A DNA stretch of 46,491 bases from a virus (lineage: Duplodnaviria > Caudoviricetes), in the IMG/VR virus record IMGVR_UViG_3300015370_000023, positions 1 to 46,491 of that record; one strand, given 5' to 3'. Positions 8,538-17,080 of the stretch are shown one piece after another. The stretch's first letter is position 1. Each line of letters begins with the position of its first letter. A program made the position numbers and the translations under genes. The notes beneath the pieces were generated by a model, which was not told where the DNA came from, did not search any database, and saw only the letters and a program-made list of their open reading frames with translations.

Positions 8538-9273
8538 TGAGTTTAAATATGCAGAAACAATAATTAAAAAAGGATTGACTCGATTTATGTCAGGAAAAGA
8601 TATTAGAATATTAATAAAGTATTTTAGACATATTGGAATCGAAGAAGATTTATTATATAAGAAAATTGTTGAATTTTTAAATAAATTTGAACCAGATTTT
8701 GTAGAAGCAATTTATCAAGAATTTATTTATAAATTAATTAGAACTTCTAGAGGAAGCGAATTAAGGTTTTTTCAATCAGTTCCCTTTAGAAAAAATGAAT
8801 TTAATAAAATAAGGAAACTAAACAATTATAGATTAGAAAAACTTTTATTTACTATGCTTGTTTTAGCTAAATACTTTTTTATTACAAAACAAAATAAAGA
8901 AGAATATAATGAAAAATACAATAATTATAGTTTAACTATCAAAGAATCTTCCTTGCTTAGAATGGCTAAAATAAGTAAAAGAAAAAATGAAAATTTAATT
9001 TATTTATTAATAGAAAATAAATTTATTTTTAGGACTGATAATGGAAATTTTATTTTATTTTTTGAAAAAGATGATGATTCTGAAGTATTATTTTATATAG
9101 AAGATATAAATAAAATTTATGAATATTATAAGCCTCATTGTGAAATTTGTGGAATTGAAATTGAAAAAAGAAACAACAGACATAGTATGTGTAGCGATTG
9201 TTGGAAAGAAGTAAATAAGAATCAAATTAAAAAAAGAGTAGAAAGATATAGAAATAAAAATGTAACGGTTTAG
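8521..9273 (+). CDS. Hypothetical protein with C-terminal zinc finger, coupled to the RNA polymerase gene
   Basis: ATG at 8521 after GAGGA; overlaps the polymerase stop by 17 nt; CEIC...CSDC followed by a basic helix. Confidence 0.8.
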   Translation: MNIVFDEFKYAETIIKKGLTRFMSGKDIRILIKYFRHIGIEEDLLYKKIVEFLNKFEPDFVEAIYQEFIYKLIRTSRGSELRFFQSVPFRKNEFNKIRKLNNYRLEKLLFTMLVLAKYFFITKQNKEEYNEKYNNYSLTIKESSLLRMAKISKRKNENLIYLLIENKFIFRTDNGNFILFFEKDDDSEVLFYIEDINKIYEYYKPHCEICGIEIEKRNNRHSMCSDCWKEVNKNQIKKRVERYRNKNVTV

Positions 9274-9340
9274 GATAAGATTTCTATAATTTGAGTTAAG
9301 ATATACAAAAACTTAAAATAAAATAAACAGGAAAAACAAA

Positions 9341-9751
9341 ATGTTAAAAAAAAATAAATATAATCTTCAAAACCGTCCAGAAATAGAAGAAATAACAACA
9401 AGTCATTTTTTACACCTTGTATCAGAAGATGCAGGGTTCACACTATCAGATACCCGTATATTTTGGAGATCTGTAGTTAGAATTATGGCTCGTGCTATTG
9501 TTTCAGAAAAAATCTTAAGAATTCATGGTATTGGAAAAATTTATGTAAAGACAATTCCTGCAAGAAGAATGTGGATTGGATTAAAGAAAAAAGAGGCATG
9601 GGTTGATGAATCTAAAAGAATTGTGTTTCAGTTTTCAAGAAGTTTAAAAGAACTTTTGTATGATCATGTTTATTCTGACGGTAGAAATGCAGCGAAATAT
9701 TTTGATAATATTGAATTAGATAATTTTGAAGATGATGATGAGTTTGAATAG
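9341..9751 (+). CDS. HU/IHF-family DNA-binding protein
   Basis: LRIHGIGKIYVKTIPARR...KRIVFQFSRSLKE resembles the HU beta-arm; position equivalent to SPbeta yonN; acidic tail. Confidence 0.75.
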   Translation: MLKKNKYNLQNRPEIEEITTSHFLHLVSEDAGFTLSDTRIFWRSVVRIMARAIVSEKILRIHGIGKIYVKTIPARRMWIGLKKKEAWVDESKRIVFQFSRSLKELLYDHVYSDGRNAAKYFDNIELDNFEDDDEFE

Positions 9752-9770
9752 CGGGTAATAATTTAACCAA

Positions 9771-9788
9771 ATAAAAGAGGAATTTTAT
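9771..9788. promoter_or_regulatory. ATAAAA-N6-TTTTAT palindrome (first of six copies)
   Basis: Copies at 9771, 13278, 15064, 16030, 20943 and 30714 (one mismatch), all at gene junctions. Confidence 0.6.
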
Positions 9789-9859
9789 TGGATTAAATTA
9801 TAAAATAAATTTTATAATTTTATTTTCTCTTGAGGAAGAGGAAGAAAAGGAGATTAAAA

Positions 9860-10399
9860 ATGGGCTTAACAGTAATAAGTGAAAATAATAAAAAAAGTTA
9901 TCAGGCTTTATCAACTGATATAGTTGGTGGAAAAATTGATAACGCTTCTTGGATTGGTGCTGATGTTTATGTTGTAGACACACAAAAATGGTATAGGGTT
10001 GGAGAAGATCTAATTTTATATCCTCTGACTTCAATGTCTGAATCTGCACTAAGAAATGAAATTGTAACAATTATGGCTTCGGGTTCATTGGGTTTAGGAG
10101 TATCTGCCTCTGTAACAATTAGTGATACAGATATTGCTGCTTTAATTACTCCTTCAGATTGGACTACCAATAATATCTCTTTTCAGGTTTCTCACGGAGA
10201 TGGAATTTTTACTTCCTTAAAAGGATATGATACAGGAACAGAATATTATCTTACTTCTGCTTCTGCTGGAGGATGGTATCCTTTAACTTTACAAAATTTT
10301 TATGGAGTAACTGATTTGAAAGTTGTTTCGGGATTAAGTGCATCTCCTATTGTTCAATCTGGAAGTAGAATTATTACTCTTGTAACCAGACCTCTTTAA
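9860..10399 (+). CDS. Hypothetical, probably virion-associated beta-rich protein
   Basis: ATG at 9860 after AGGAG; S/G/T-rich. Confidence 0.75.
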   Translation: MGLTVISENNKKSYQALSTDIVGGKIDNASWIGADVYVVDTQKWYRVGEDLILYPLTSMSESALRNEIVTIMASGSLGLGVSASVTISDTDIAALITPSDWTTNNISFQVSHGDGIFTSLKGYDTGTEYYLTSASAGGWYPLTLQNFYGVTDLKVVSGLSASPIVQSGSRIITLVTRPL

Positions 10400-10419
10400 G
10401 GAGGAGACCGTGAGGAAAT

Positions 10420-11016
10420 ATGACAATTACTAGAACGGTAACTGGAACAGTGCTTAAACCTGATGGTACTGCATATACCGATTGGGCTTTAACATTTAGA
10501 TTGGTCAGTGATATTATATCAGATGGTGCAGTTATTCCAAGTTACTCAATTGAAATTATAACGGATAGTTCTGGAGATTTTATTACAGAATTAGTTGTTC
10601 CAACAAATGGAACTGCTCATTATATAGTTAAATTTAAAAATTTAATTGTATATGAATTTAATCTAGCCAGCGGTTCTTCAATCGGACTGAACGAGATTAT
10701 CTCAATCGCAACGGTCGCAGTCGACCCGAACTACATCACGGAATTGACATCACTCAAGATAACCTACACGGATGCAGACTTGCAGATTACAGCAGCACAT
10801 GAATATGTCTGGAGTGACGAAACGGTGACGATAACGCTACCAGCGAGTACGGGCAGCGGTGATGCATATATTCTGGAAGCCACAAGCACTGGTTCTGTTA
10901 CACCAGCCGTTACTGGTAGCGATACTATAAACGGGACTACACCGCTTGTAATTCCAGCTAACACGATTGCATATTACGTTGATGCTGAATCTGGCAACTG
11001 GCACTCGAATTGGTAA
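10420..11016 (+). CDS. Virion fibre/adaptor-like protein
   Basis: N-terminal VTGTVLKPDG and C-terminal VTITLPASTGSG...SDTING motifs typical of phage fibre modules. Confidence 0.7.
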   Translation: MTITRTVTGTVLKPDGTAYTDWALTFRLVSDIISDGAVIPSYSIEIITDSSGDFITELVVPTNGTAHYIVKFKNLIVYEFNLASGSSIGLNEIISIATVAVDPNYITELTSLKITYTDADLQITAAHEYVWSDETVTITLPASTGSGDAYILEATSTGSVTPAVTGSDTINGTTPLVIPANTIAYYVDAESGNWHSNW

Positions 11017-11026
11017 AGGAGATGAT

Positions 11027-13099
11027 ATGAATAAACGAAAATTATTGACGTTGATGGGGGGAAGTAAGCATCCACAATTAGACAATTATAGTTTTCATTC
11101 GTTAATTGCTGGTGGAATTAATTTAGATACAGAAGGTGTGGAATATTTATATGGTAAAAAATTAACAACTTCTGCAACTGTTGTTAGAAAACTTCTTACC
11201 GGACAAGTCATAGAAGAGCGTGGCGCTGTTACCGCTGTAAATGCTAACTATATTGTTCAGACCGTTTATACTACAACAACACCGGACTTAATTTTTGTTG
11301 TTGTTGCCTATACACTATTCGCAGGAAAGCATTACTTACTTCGTAGTACAGACGGCGGGGCAACATTCACGCAGGTTATGATCTTCGGAGAAGGAAACGG
11401 GGCGGCGGGAGTAGATTCGTCTTCGGTAAGCATCCTTACACAAGCCAGCTTCCTTGAAACTACCGTTGCTTATCCTGGTGGTGGGGGTGTTGGAGATTTA
11501 TATATTGTAGAATACAACTCTAATGCAATTGACGGAGTAAATAGAGTTGAGGGTGGACAAAACGATATGGTTAGAATAATGAAAAGTACAGATGACGGTG
11601 CTAACTGGACTGCCGCAATGACTTGGAACACAGACGGTCACCAAGTATCGCATGCTCATGGAATAAAACAAGACCCGTATACTGGATATATTTATGTATT
11701 ATTAGGCGACACGGATGCTGAAAATGGAATTATCCGATGGGATGGCGCAACGGCTTGGACTGACAATACTCTTGTTTCTGCTTATGCAACAATTGACGGC
11801 TTCAAATCTTATTCAGGTTCACAGCGTGGTCGTTGTGTTGATTTAATGTTTACTCAAAATTACGTTATATCAGGATCAGATTCCACAAAAAGTAACAATC
11901 CTGCTGGCGATGAAACAGGAATATGGCGTTGGACAAAAGATTTATCAAGTAGTGTGAGAGTTAATAATGATGTTTGGTCTTATGACGGTATGCATGTTAT
12001 GTGGGCTGCCGCTAAATTAGGAAATACTTTAATATGGCGAACCGCAAGAATGGCTGGGCCTGGTGCACCTGGAGCAGAGAACTGGTCAGAAGCACATACT
12101 CAAATTTATCTTAGTGATGATGAGGGCGGTTCATGGTATAAAGCTGGACTAGAAATGCACGAAGCAGATTTAACAAATGCTGTCAGCACATACGCAAATT
12201 ATACTTTTGTTTATGATAACAAACTATATATAGATAGTGTATACGGGCTGTATTTCAAAGGGACGGCATCAATCTATATTTTAGGGAGATCATTTAATAA
12301 AGGACAAACGCCAATAGTTGTTCATCCGGTTTATTATGTAGGATTTTGGAACAATGCTGGTGTTGATTCTTCTGATCGTGGTAAGAATCCAGACAGACCA
12401 CTTGCTACTAGAGCGTATCTTACAGGAACAATCGGAAGTACCGAAGGTAGAGTAAAAGAACACGAACAAGTAGATATAACAGGCGCATGGCTGTCTGGTG
12501 GAATATTACCAGCGACATTAATAGGCGCATATCAAAGTAGGGGTGCTGCTTCATACGCAGCAAGCCTTGTCAACCTGGCAAATCCTGGACTACATGATTT
12601 GGTGAGTGGTGCAACTGCACCAGGTTGGTCTACTGAAACAGGATGGGATGCTTCTAATTCAGGCTATCTTATAACAGACATTACCCCAACAGAAACAACG
12701 TTCGTATTATGTATTTATAGTGGAATAACGTCCGCAGGAGGAAAATATGCGTTTGGCGTTATAGCTAGTGGGTATTTTATGTTTGCTCCTCTCTATTCTA
12801 CCGGAAATATTAGACCGTGGTGGGGAGATTATGGAACAAGCATCCCTCTTGATAATACAGCCGCTAATGTGGCAGGACTTGGAACTAATATGTATTGGTT
12901 TAATCAGACAAAAGGAGTTCTGGCAGCTACGTGGACAAATATGACAAATACTTTGGTTCTTTTAGGTACTAGAAGCGGCGGAAATCCGACAGCATTTGTT
13001 GCACAGGGCTTATGGCCTGCGTTTTATATTTATAGTTCAATGCCAACCGATGCACAGATTTTAGCGGTTGACAACGCTTTGAGGGCATTATTCCCATGA
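11027..13099 (+). CDS. Asp-box (BNR) beta-propeller, sialidase-like protein; possible receptor-binding protein or depolymerase
   Basis: ATG at 11027 after AAGGAG; Asp-boxes RSTDGGATF, KSTDDGANW, LSDDEGGSW; lectin-like C-terminal region. Confidence 0.75.
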   Translation: MNKRKLLTLMGGSKHPQLDNYSFHSLIAGGINLDTEGVEYLYGKKLTTSATVVRKLLTGQVIEERGAVTAVNANYIVQTVYTTTTPDLIFVVVAYTLFAGKHYLLRSTDGGATFTQVMIFGEGNGAAGVDSSSVSILTQASFLETTVAYPGGGGVGDLYIVEYNSNAIDGVNRVEGGQNDMVRIMKSTDDGANWTAAMTWNTDGHQVSHAHGIKQDPYTGYIYVLLGDTDAENGIIRWDGATAWTDNTLVSAYATIDGFKSYSGSQRGRCVDLMFTQNYVISGSDSTKSNNPAGDETGIWRWTKDLSSSVRVNNDVWSYDGMHVMWAAAKLGNTLIWRTARMAGPGAPGAENWSEAHTQIYLSDDEGGSWYKAGLEMHEADLTNAVSTYANYTFVYDNKLYIDSVYGLYFKGTASIYILGRSFNKGQTPIVVHPVYYVGFWNNAGVDSSDRGKNPDRPLATRAYLTGTIGSTEGRVKEHEQVDITGAWLSGGILPATLIGAYQSRGAASYAASLVNLANPGLHDLVSGATAPGWSTETGWDASNSGYLITDITPTETTFVLCIYSGITSAGGKYAFGVIASGYFMFAPLYSTGNIRPWWGDYGTSIPLDNTAANVAGLGTNMYWFNQTKGVLAATWTNMTNTLVLLGTRSGGNPTAFVAQGLWPAFYIYSSMPTDAQILAVDNALRALFP

Positions 13100-13278
13100 C
13101 CCCCACCCTCGACTACGCCAACACCATGATCCAAATCTACCTCAACGCTGATGACTGGCAGCCCGAAGCTATCAAACATTATTTGGAGCTGCGATTGAGC
13201 GAGATGGTGAAGGCGGACAGGGAACGGGAACTTGAACGATTAGCGATTGATGCGATGGAGGAAGATGACGATTCATAA
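13096..13278 (+). CDS. Small hypothetical protein
   Basis: ATGA overlap with the upstream gene; 60 aa. Confidence 0.6.
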   Translation: MTPTLDYANTMIQIYLNADDWQPEAIKHYLELRLSEMVKADRERELERLAIDAMEEDDDS

Positions 13279-13351
13279 TAAAAGATACATTTTATTGTTT
13301 TAAAATGTTTTTTTGTTAAGTGATAGTTTTTATATAATATTCTGTTTAGAG

Positions 13352-13483
13352 AAAGTGAATCGTGAGATGGCAACTCAAATAATAAGATTCAGCCAAGCAT
13401 ATATGGTAAATCACCCCTTTTAGCCAAAAGGTTGTCCGTATTTTTATTATTATAATTATTTTTGAGACGTAAAATGTATATGC
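13352..13483 (+). ncRNA. Candidate structured RNA or leader
   Basis: Stems TGAATC/GATTCA, GCATATAT/GTATATGC, CCTTTT/AAAAGG; internal loop GGUAAA...GACGUAAA; TATAAT at 13333. Confidence 0.35.
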
Positions 13484-13569
13484 CAGAGTATTATTTTTTA
13501 TAAATAAAAATTAATATGTTTATAGGTAACGCTTATGAAAAGAAAGATCATTAAATAAGGAGAAATCTT

Positions 13570-14859
13570 TTGAAAGATTATATTTTTCAAGAATGTTATA
13601 GATACTATATTGGAGAAATACCTAGATATTGGGACATTTTAATGGAAAAATATCCCAATGAATATATTACCAAGGAAGCTATGCGTTCTGCATTCAAAAA
13701 AGAAAGATCAAAAAGAGGAATTCCATCAAAAATGAATTCTAGTAATATTATTGGTGATTTAGATAAAAGCATTGATGCAGATGAAGTTATATATAATGAG
13801 GCTTCAGAGTTAAAACAAGATGGGACTTATTATTCTGATAAACTTGTTGAAATGAGTGAGGAAGATAAACGAAGTCCTAAAAGAATGTTGGAACTCCATA
13901 ATCTTGATCCTGATTTATGGGAAGTATATTTGGTTAGAAATAATTTATGGCACTCTCAAAGAAAAAATGATCAAGGAAGATTGCTGCTTTATCAATCCCG
14001 TCTCACGGCAAAACCGAAACAAAACAAGTCAGTTACTTTTGAAGATGTTGATAGATTTTTTGAGAACTATGAGTATCAATCTAAAATAAATATAAAAAAA
14101 TATAAAGATAATAACGAAAAAGTTTTGGAAATTGCCATTGCAGACATGCATAATGGAAAACTTCCTTACTTAGATGACGATTCTGTTCAGGATAATTTTT
14201 ATTATACTATTTCTGAAGTCCTAAATAGAACAAAGGGAAAGAATATAAGCAAAATATATTTTACTCCTATGGGTGATACAAGTAATTTTGATAGTATAAA
14301 TGGATCTACTACGGCTGGTACTCCAGTTTCCAATAATAAAACTCTTCAAACTGTTTTTGATGAAACAACCGATATGTTTGTTGATGCAATTGAGCAATTG
14401 TCTAATATTGCTGAGGTTGAAGTTTTACACATTCCAGGAAATCATGATTTAGGATTTTCTTATTATTTGATTAAATCTCTAGAAATGTATTTTAGAAAAC
14501 ACAATGGAGTAAAAATAGATACTGATCATAAAGTTAGAAAATTTAGACAAATTGGAAATACACTGCTTGGAATTTCACACGGGGACATGCCAAAATCTAA
14601 CAATTTTTCATGGTTACAAGTTGAAGCCAGAGAAATATGGGGAAAAACAAAATATTCTGAAATACATCTCGCCCATTTTCATTCGCAAGACACTATTGAG
14701 AAGAACGGTACTGTGATTCGCTATCTTCCAAGTATGTCTCCAACTGATGATTGGCATTATAAAAAGGGATATGTTGGAGCAGTTAGAAGCACGTGTTGTT
14801 TTCTTTGGGATTTGGAAAAAGGTCTTGAAGAACAATGGTTCATAAACATTCCAAATTAA
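13570..14859 (+). CDS. Calcineurin-like metallophosphoesterase (YonJ-like)
   Basis: Motifs ADMH, GD, GNHD, SHGD, HFH. Confidence 0.88.
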   Translation: MKDYIFQECYRYYIGEIPRYWDILMEKYPNEYITKEAMRSAFKKERSKRGIPSKMNSSNIIGDLDKSIDADEVIYNEASELKQDGTYYSDKLVEMSEEDKRSPKRMLELHNLDPDLWEVYLVRNNLWHSQRKNDQGRLLLYQSRLTAKPKQNKSVTFEDVDRFFENYEYQSKINIKKYKDNNEKVLEIAIADMHNGKLPYLDDDSVQDNFYYTISEVLNRTKGKNISKIYFTPMGDTSNFDSINGSTTAGTPVSNNKTLQTVFDETTDMFVDAIEQLSNIAEVEVLHIPGNHDLGFSYYLIKSLEMYFRKHNGVKIDTDHKVRKFRQIGNTLLGISHGDMPKSNNFSWLQVEAREIWGKTKYSEIHLAHFHSQDTIEKNGTVIRYLPSMSPTDDWHYKKGYVGAVRSTCCFLWDLEKGLEEQWFINIPN

Positions 14860-14881
14860 AAACAAAAAGGTTAAAAAATAA

Positions 14882-15067
14882 ATGGATAAAAAACAATTTA
14901 TAATTCAAGAAGATTTAGCAAATGCAATTTTACAATATCTGGCATCTAAGCCTTATAGTGAGGTTTTTCAATTGATAGGTGGGCTACAACAGTTGAAAAT
15001 AATGGATGTTCCTGAACTTTCTAAACCAAAAAAAGAAAAAGATAAATTAGAACAAGCAATAGAATAA
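14882..15067 (+). CDS. Small phage hypothetical protein
   Basis: ILQYLASKPYSEVFQLI motif, common in small phage proteins. Confidence 0.7.
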   Translation: MDKKQFIIQEDLANAILQYLASKPYSEVFQLIGGLQQLKIMDVPELSKPKKEKDKLEQAIE

Positions 15068-15082
15068 AACGGAGATTTTATT

Positions 15083-15889
15083 ATGGAAAAAGGATATGTT
15101 TATAATCTTTATCCCAACAATGTTCCTTCATCTTGGGGGATTGTTTGGATTGATGCGGTAAAATCTAATGTAATTCATCCTCAGTTTTTTGATAATTGGA
15201 ACAAAATAAAAGATGCTAAAAAAGGGTTGATTCATAAATTAGGTCTAACACAAACTGCTGGAATTAATGAAAATGGAACTATGATGCATGTTGTTCTTGG
15301 TGAACTACAAGCTAATAACTGGAATAATGGAGTTCCTATTATTTTAGATATTTATGATTCAACCTCTGGAGAAAGTTTTGAATTGCATCATATTAGGGGC
15401 TATTTAGAATATATACACGCTAGAGTAAACCTAGAAACGAAACCAATCTTAAGAATTTTATCTGGAACGTGGAACTCGTGGTATGATAATGCTTATTCAG
15501 AATTAAAAAAGGTTCTTGAATTAGCAGATCCTTTAATTATAGGTTGGGGAGGAAATAAACCTACTTCAATTAAAACGGGATATGTTAATTGGTTTGAATA
15601 TGGACAACCCATAGATCCAAGCAAGGCTTCTATTGCTTATATTGCACATGATGAAACCGGAATGTGGGAAAAAAGTCCTCAGGAACCAGTTGTAATTCCC
15701 CCTCCCGAAGAACCTAATGATCCAATTGAAGATCCATTTGACGAGGACGAATATGAAGACGATGGTCTTTTATTAGGGTTTGATCCCATTAAAAAATGGA
15801 ATGTTAATTTAGAATTTAATTTATTAGGATTTTTAAAAGGTTCTATAAAAGGCTCTATTGATGCCGTTTTTGAGGATGAAGAAGAATAG
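15083..15889 (+). CDS. Hypothetical protein, possibly a degenerate GH25 muramidase-like domain
   Basis: HPQFFDNW, PIILDIY and KPILRI segments echo GH25 barrels; P/D/E-rich linker; GGAG RBS. Confidence 0.4.
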   Translation: MEKGYVYNLYPNNVPSSWGIVWIDAVKSNVIHPQFFDNWNKIKDAKKGLIHKLGLTQTAGINENGTMMHVVLGELQANNWNNGVPIILDIYDSTSGESFELHHIRGYLEYIHARVNLETKPILRILSGTWNSWYDNAYSELKKVLELADPLIIGWGGNKPTSIKTGYVNWFEYGQPIDPSKASIAYIAHDETGMWEKSPQEPVVIPPPEEPNDPIEDPFDEDEYEDDGLLLGFDPIKKWNVNLEFNLLGFLKGSIKGSIDAVFEDEEE

Positions 15890-15927
15890 TTAAAAAATTG
15901 AATGAAGGGGATTTTAAATTTTATTAG

Positions 15928-16000
15928 TGCGGATGGGAGGTTAGGTTATCTCACAAGTCTCATAAACTTGTAAAAACGGTTTCGATTGCCGTATCCGCTA
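15928..16000 (+). tRNA. tRNA-Met(CAU), initiator-like and atypical
   Basis: Acceptor GCGGAT/ATCCGC with U1:U72 mismatch; D stem GAGG/TCTC; anticodon arm CAAGT-CTCATAA-ACTTG; T arm ACGGT-TTCGATT-GCCGT; no encoded CCA. Confidence 0.85.
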
Positions 16001-16067
16001 TTAATGCATCTTAGGATGCAAATTATTAAATAAAAGGGATATTTTATTGGTACTGGAGTTTAAAAAT

Positions 16068-17069
16068 ATGGAAAATGAACAACCTAAAAAGGCAACTCGA
16101 AGTAGAAGAATAAAACAACAATCAAAGGTTTTATCTTCTGATGCTAGTGGATTATCTTCAAATTACTGTAGAAAATGTCAAAGAATGCTTTCTGGAGCAC
16201 AGTTTTATAAGGCAACAGATTTAATTTTAGATACGAATGGAAAAATGTCTGTTTGTAAATCTTGTTGTGATGGATTGTACAACACTTTTTATGGAGTTGA
16301 AGGAACACTTGATAAATCCGTATATAGAATGTGTAAAACCATAAATGTTGTTTACAGTGAAGTTGCTCTTGATAAATTAAAAACTCATTTAGATACTTCT
16401 ATGAAAAGGGGAAGGGTTGTTAATAGTCCATTTGGTATTTATATGAGCAAAATTCAAAGTTCAGTTAATAATGATGATTTAATCAATTTAACATTTATGG
16501 ACAATATTATGGAAAATAGAAGATTTGAAGAAGATATTATGGATACCGAATATGATATTGACGAAATAAATCTATTAAAGAAAAAATGGGGAAACAAGTA
16601 TTCGGTAGATGAATTAGCCTATTTAGAAGACAAACTTTCAAAATGGGATGGTTCTCACGGTATAAATACTTATGCTGATGAGGTTTCTTTAATCAATGTT
16701 TGTCGAAAACAGTTAGAGATAGATACATCAAACGAACAACCTGGTTTAGATACAAGTAATTTAGTAAAGCAACTTTCTGACTTGATGAAATTAGCAGGAG
16801 TTGATCCAAAAGAAACAAAAACAGCAATTGTTGGAAAAAGTAAAGAAACATTTTCTAATTTTATTAAAATTATTGAAGAAACAGAACCAGCAGAATATTA
16901 TAAAGACAAAAATTTATTTAAAGATTTTGATAAATTGAATTTTTATTTTAAAAAGTATGTTACCAGACCATTAGGGAATTTTCTTAGAGTTACAAGGGAT
17001 TTTGATGTATCGGAAATCGAAGATGATAATGATGATTTTGATGTTCTGGATCAAGCTATTGATGAATAG
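16068..17069 (+). CDS. Zinc-finger protein, putative terminase small subunit (YonG-like)
   Basis: ATG at 16068 after GGAG; CRKC...CKSC; immediately upstream of the terminase large subunit. Confidence 0.6.
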   Translation: MENEQPKKATRSRRIKQQSKVLSSDASGLSSNYCRKCQRMLSGAQFYKATDLILDTNGKMSVCKSCCDGLYNTFYGVEGTLDKSVYRMCKTINVVYSEVALDKLKTHLDTSMKRGRVVNSPFGIYMSKIQSSVNNDDLINLTFMDNIMENRRFEEDIMDTEYDIDEINLLKKKWGNKYSVDELAYLEDKLSKWDGSHGINTYADEVSLINVCRKQLEIDTSNEQPGLDTSNLVKQLSDLMKLAGVDPKETKTAIVGKSKETFSNFIKIIEETEPAEYYKDKNLFKDFDKLNFYFKKYVTRPLGNFLRVTRDFDVSEIEDDNDDFDVLDQAIDE

Positions 17070-17080
17070 GAGAATTGACT

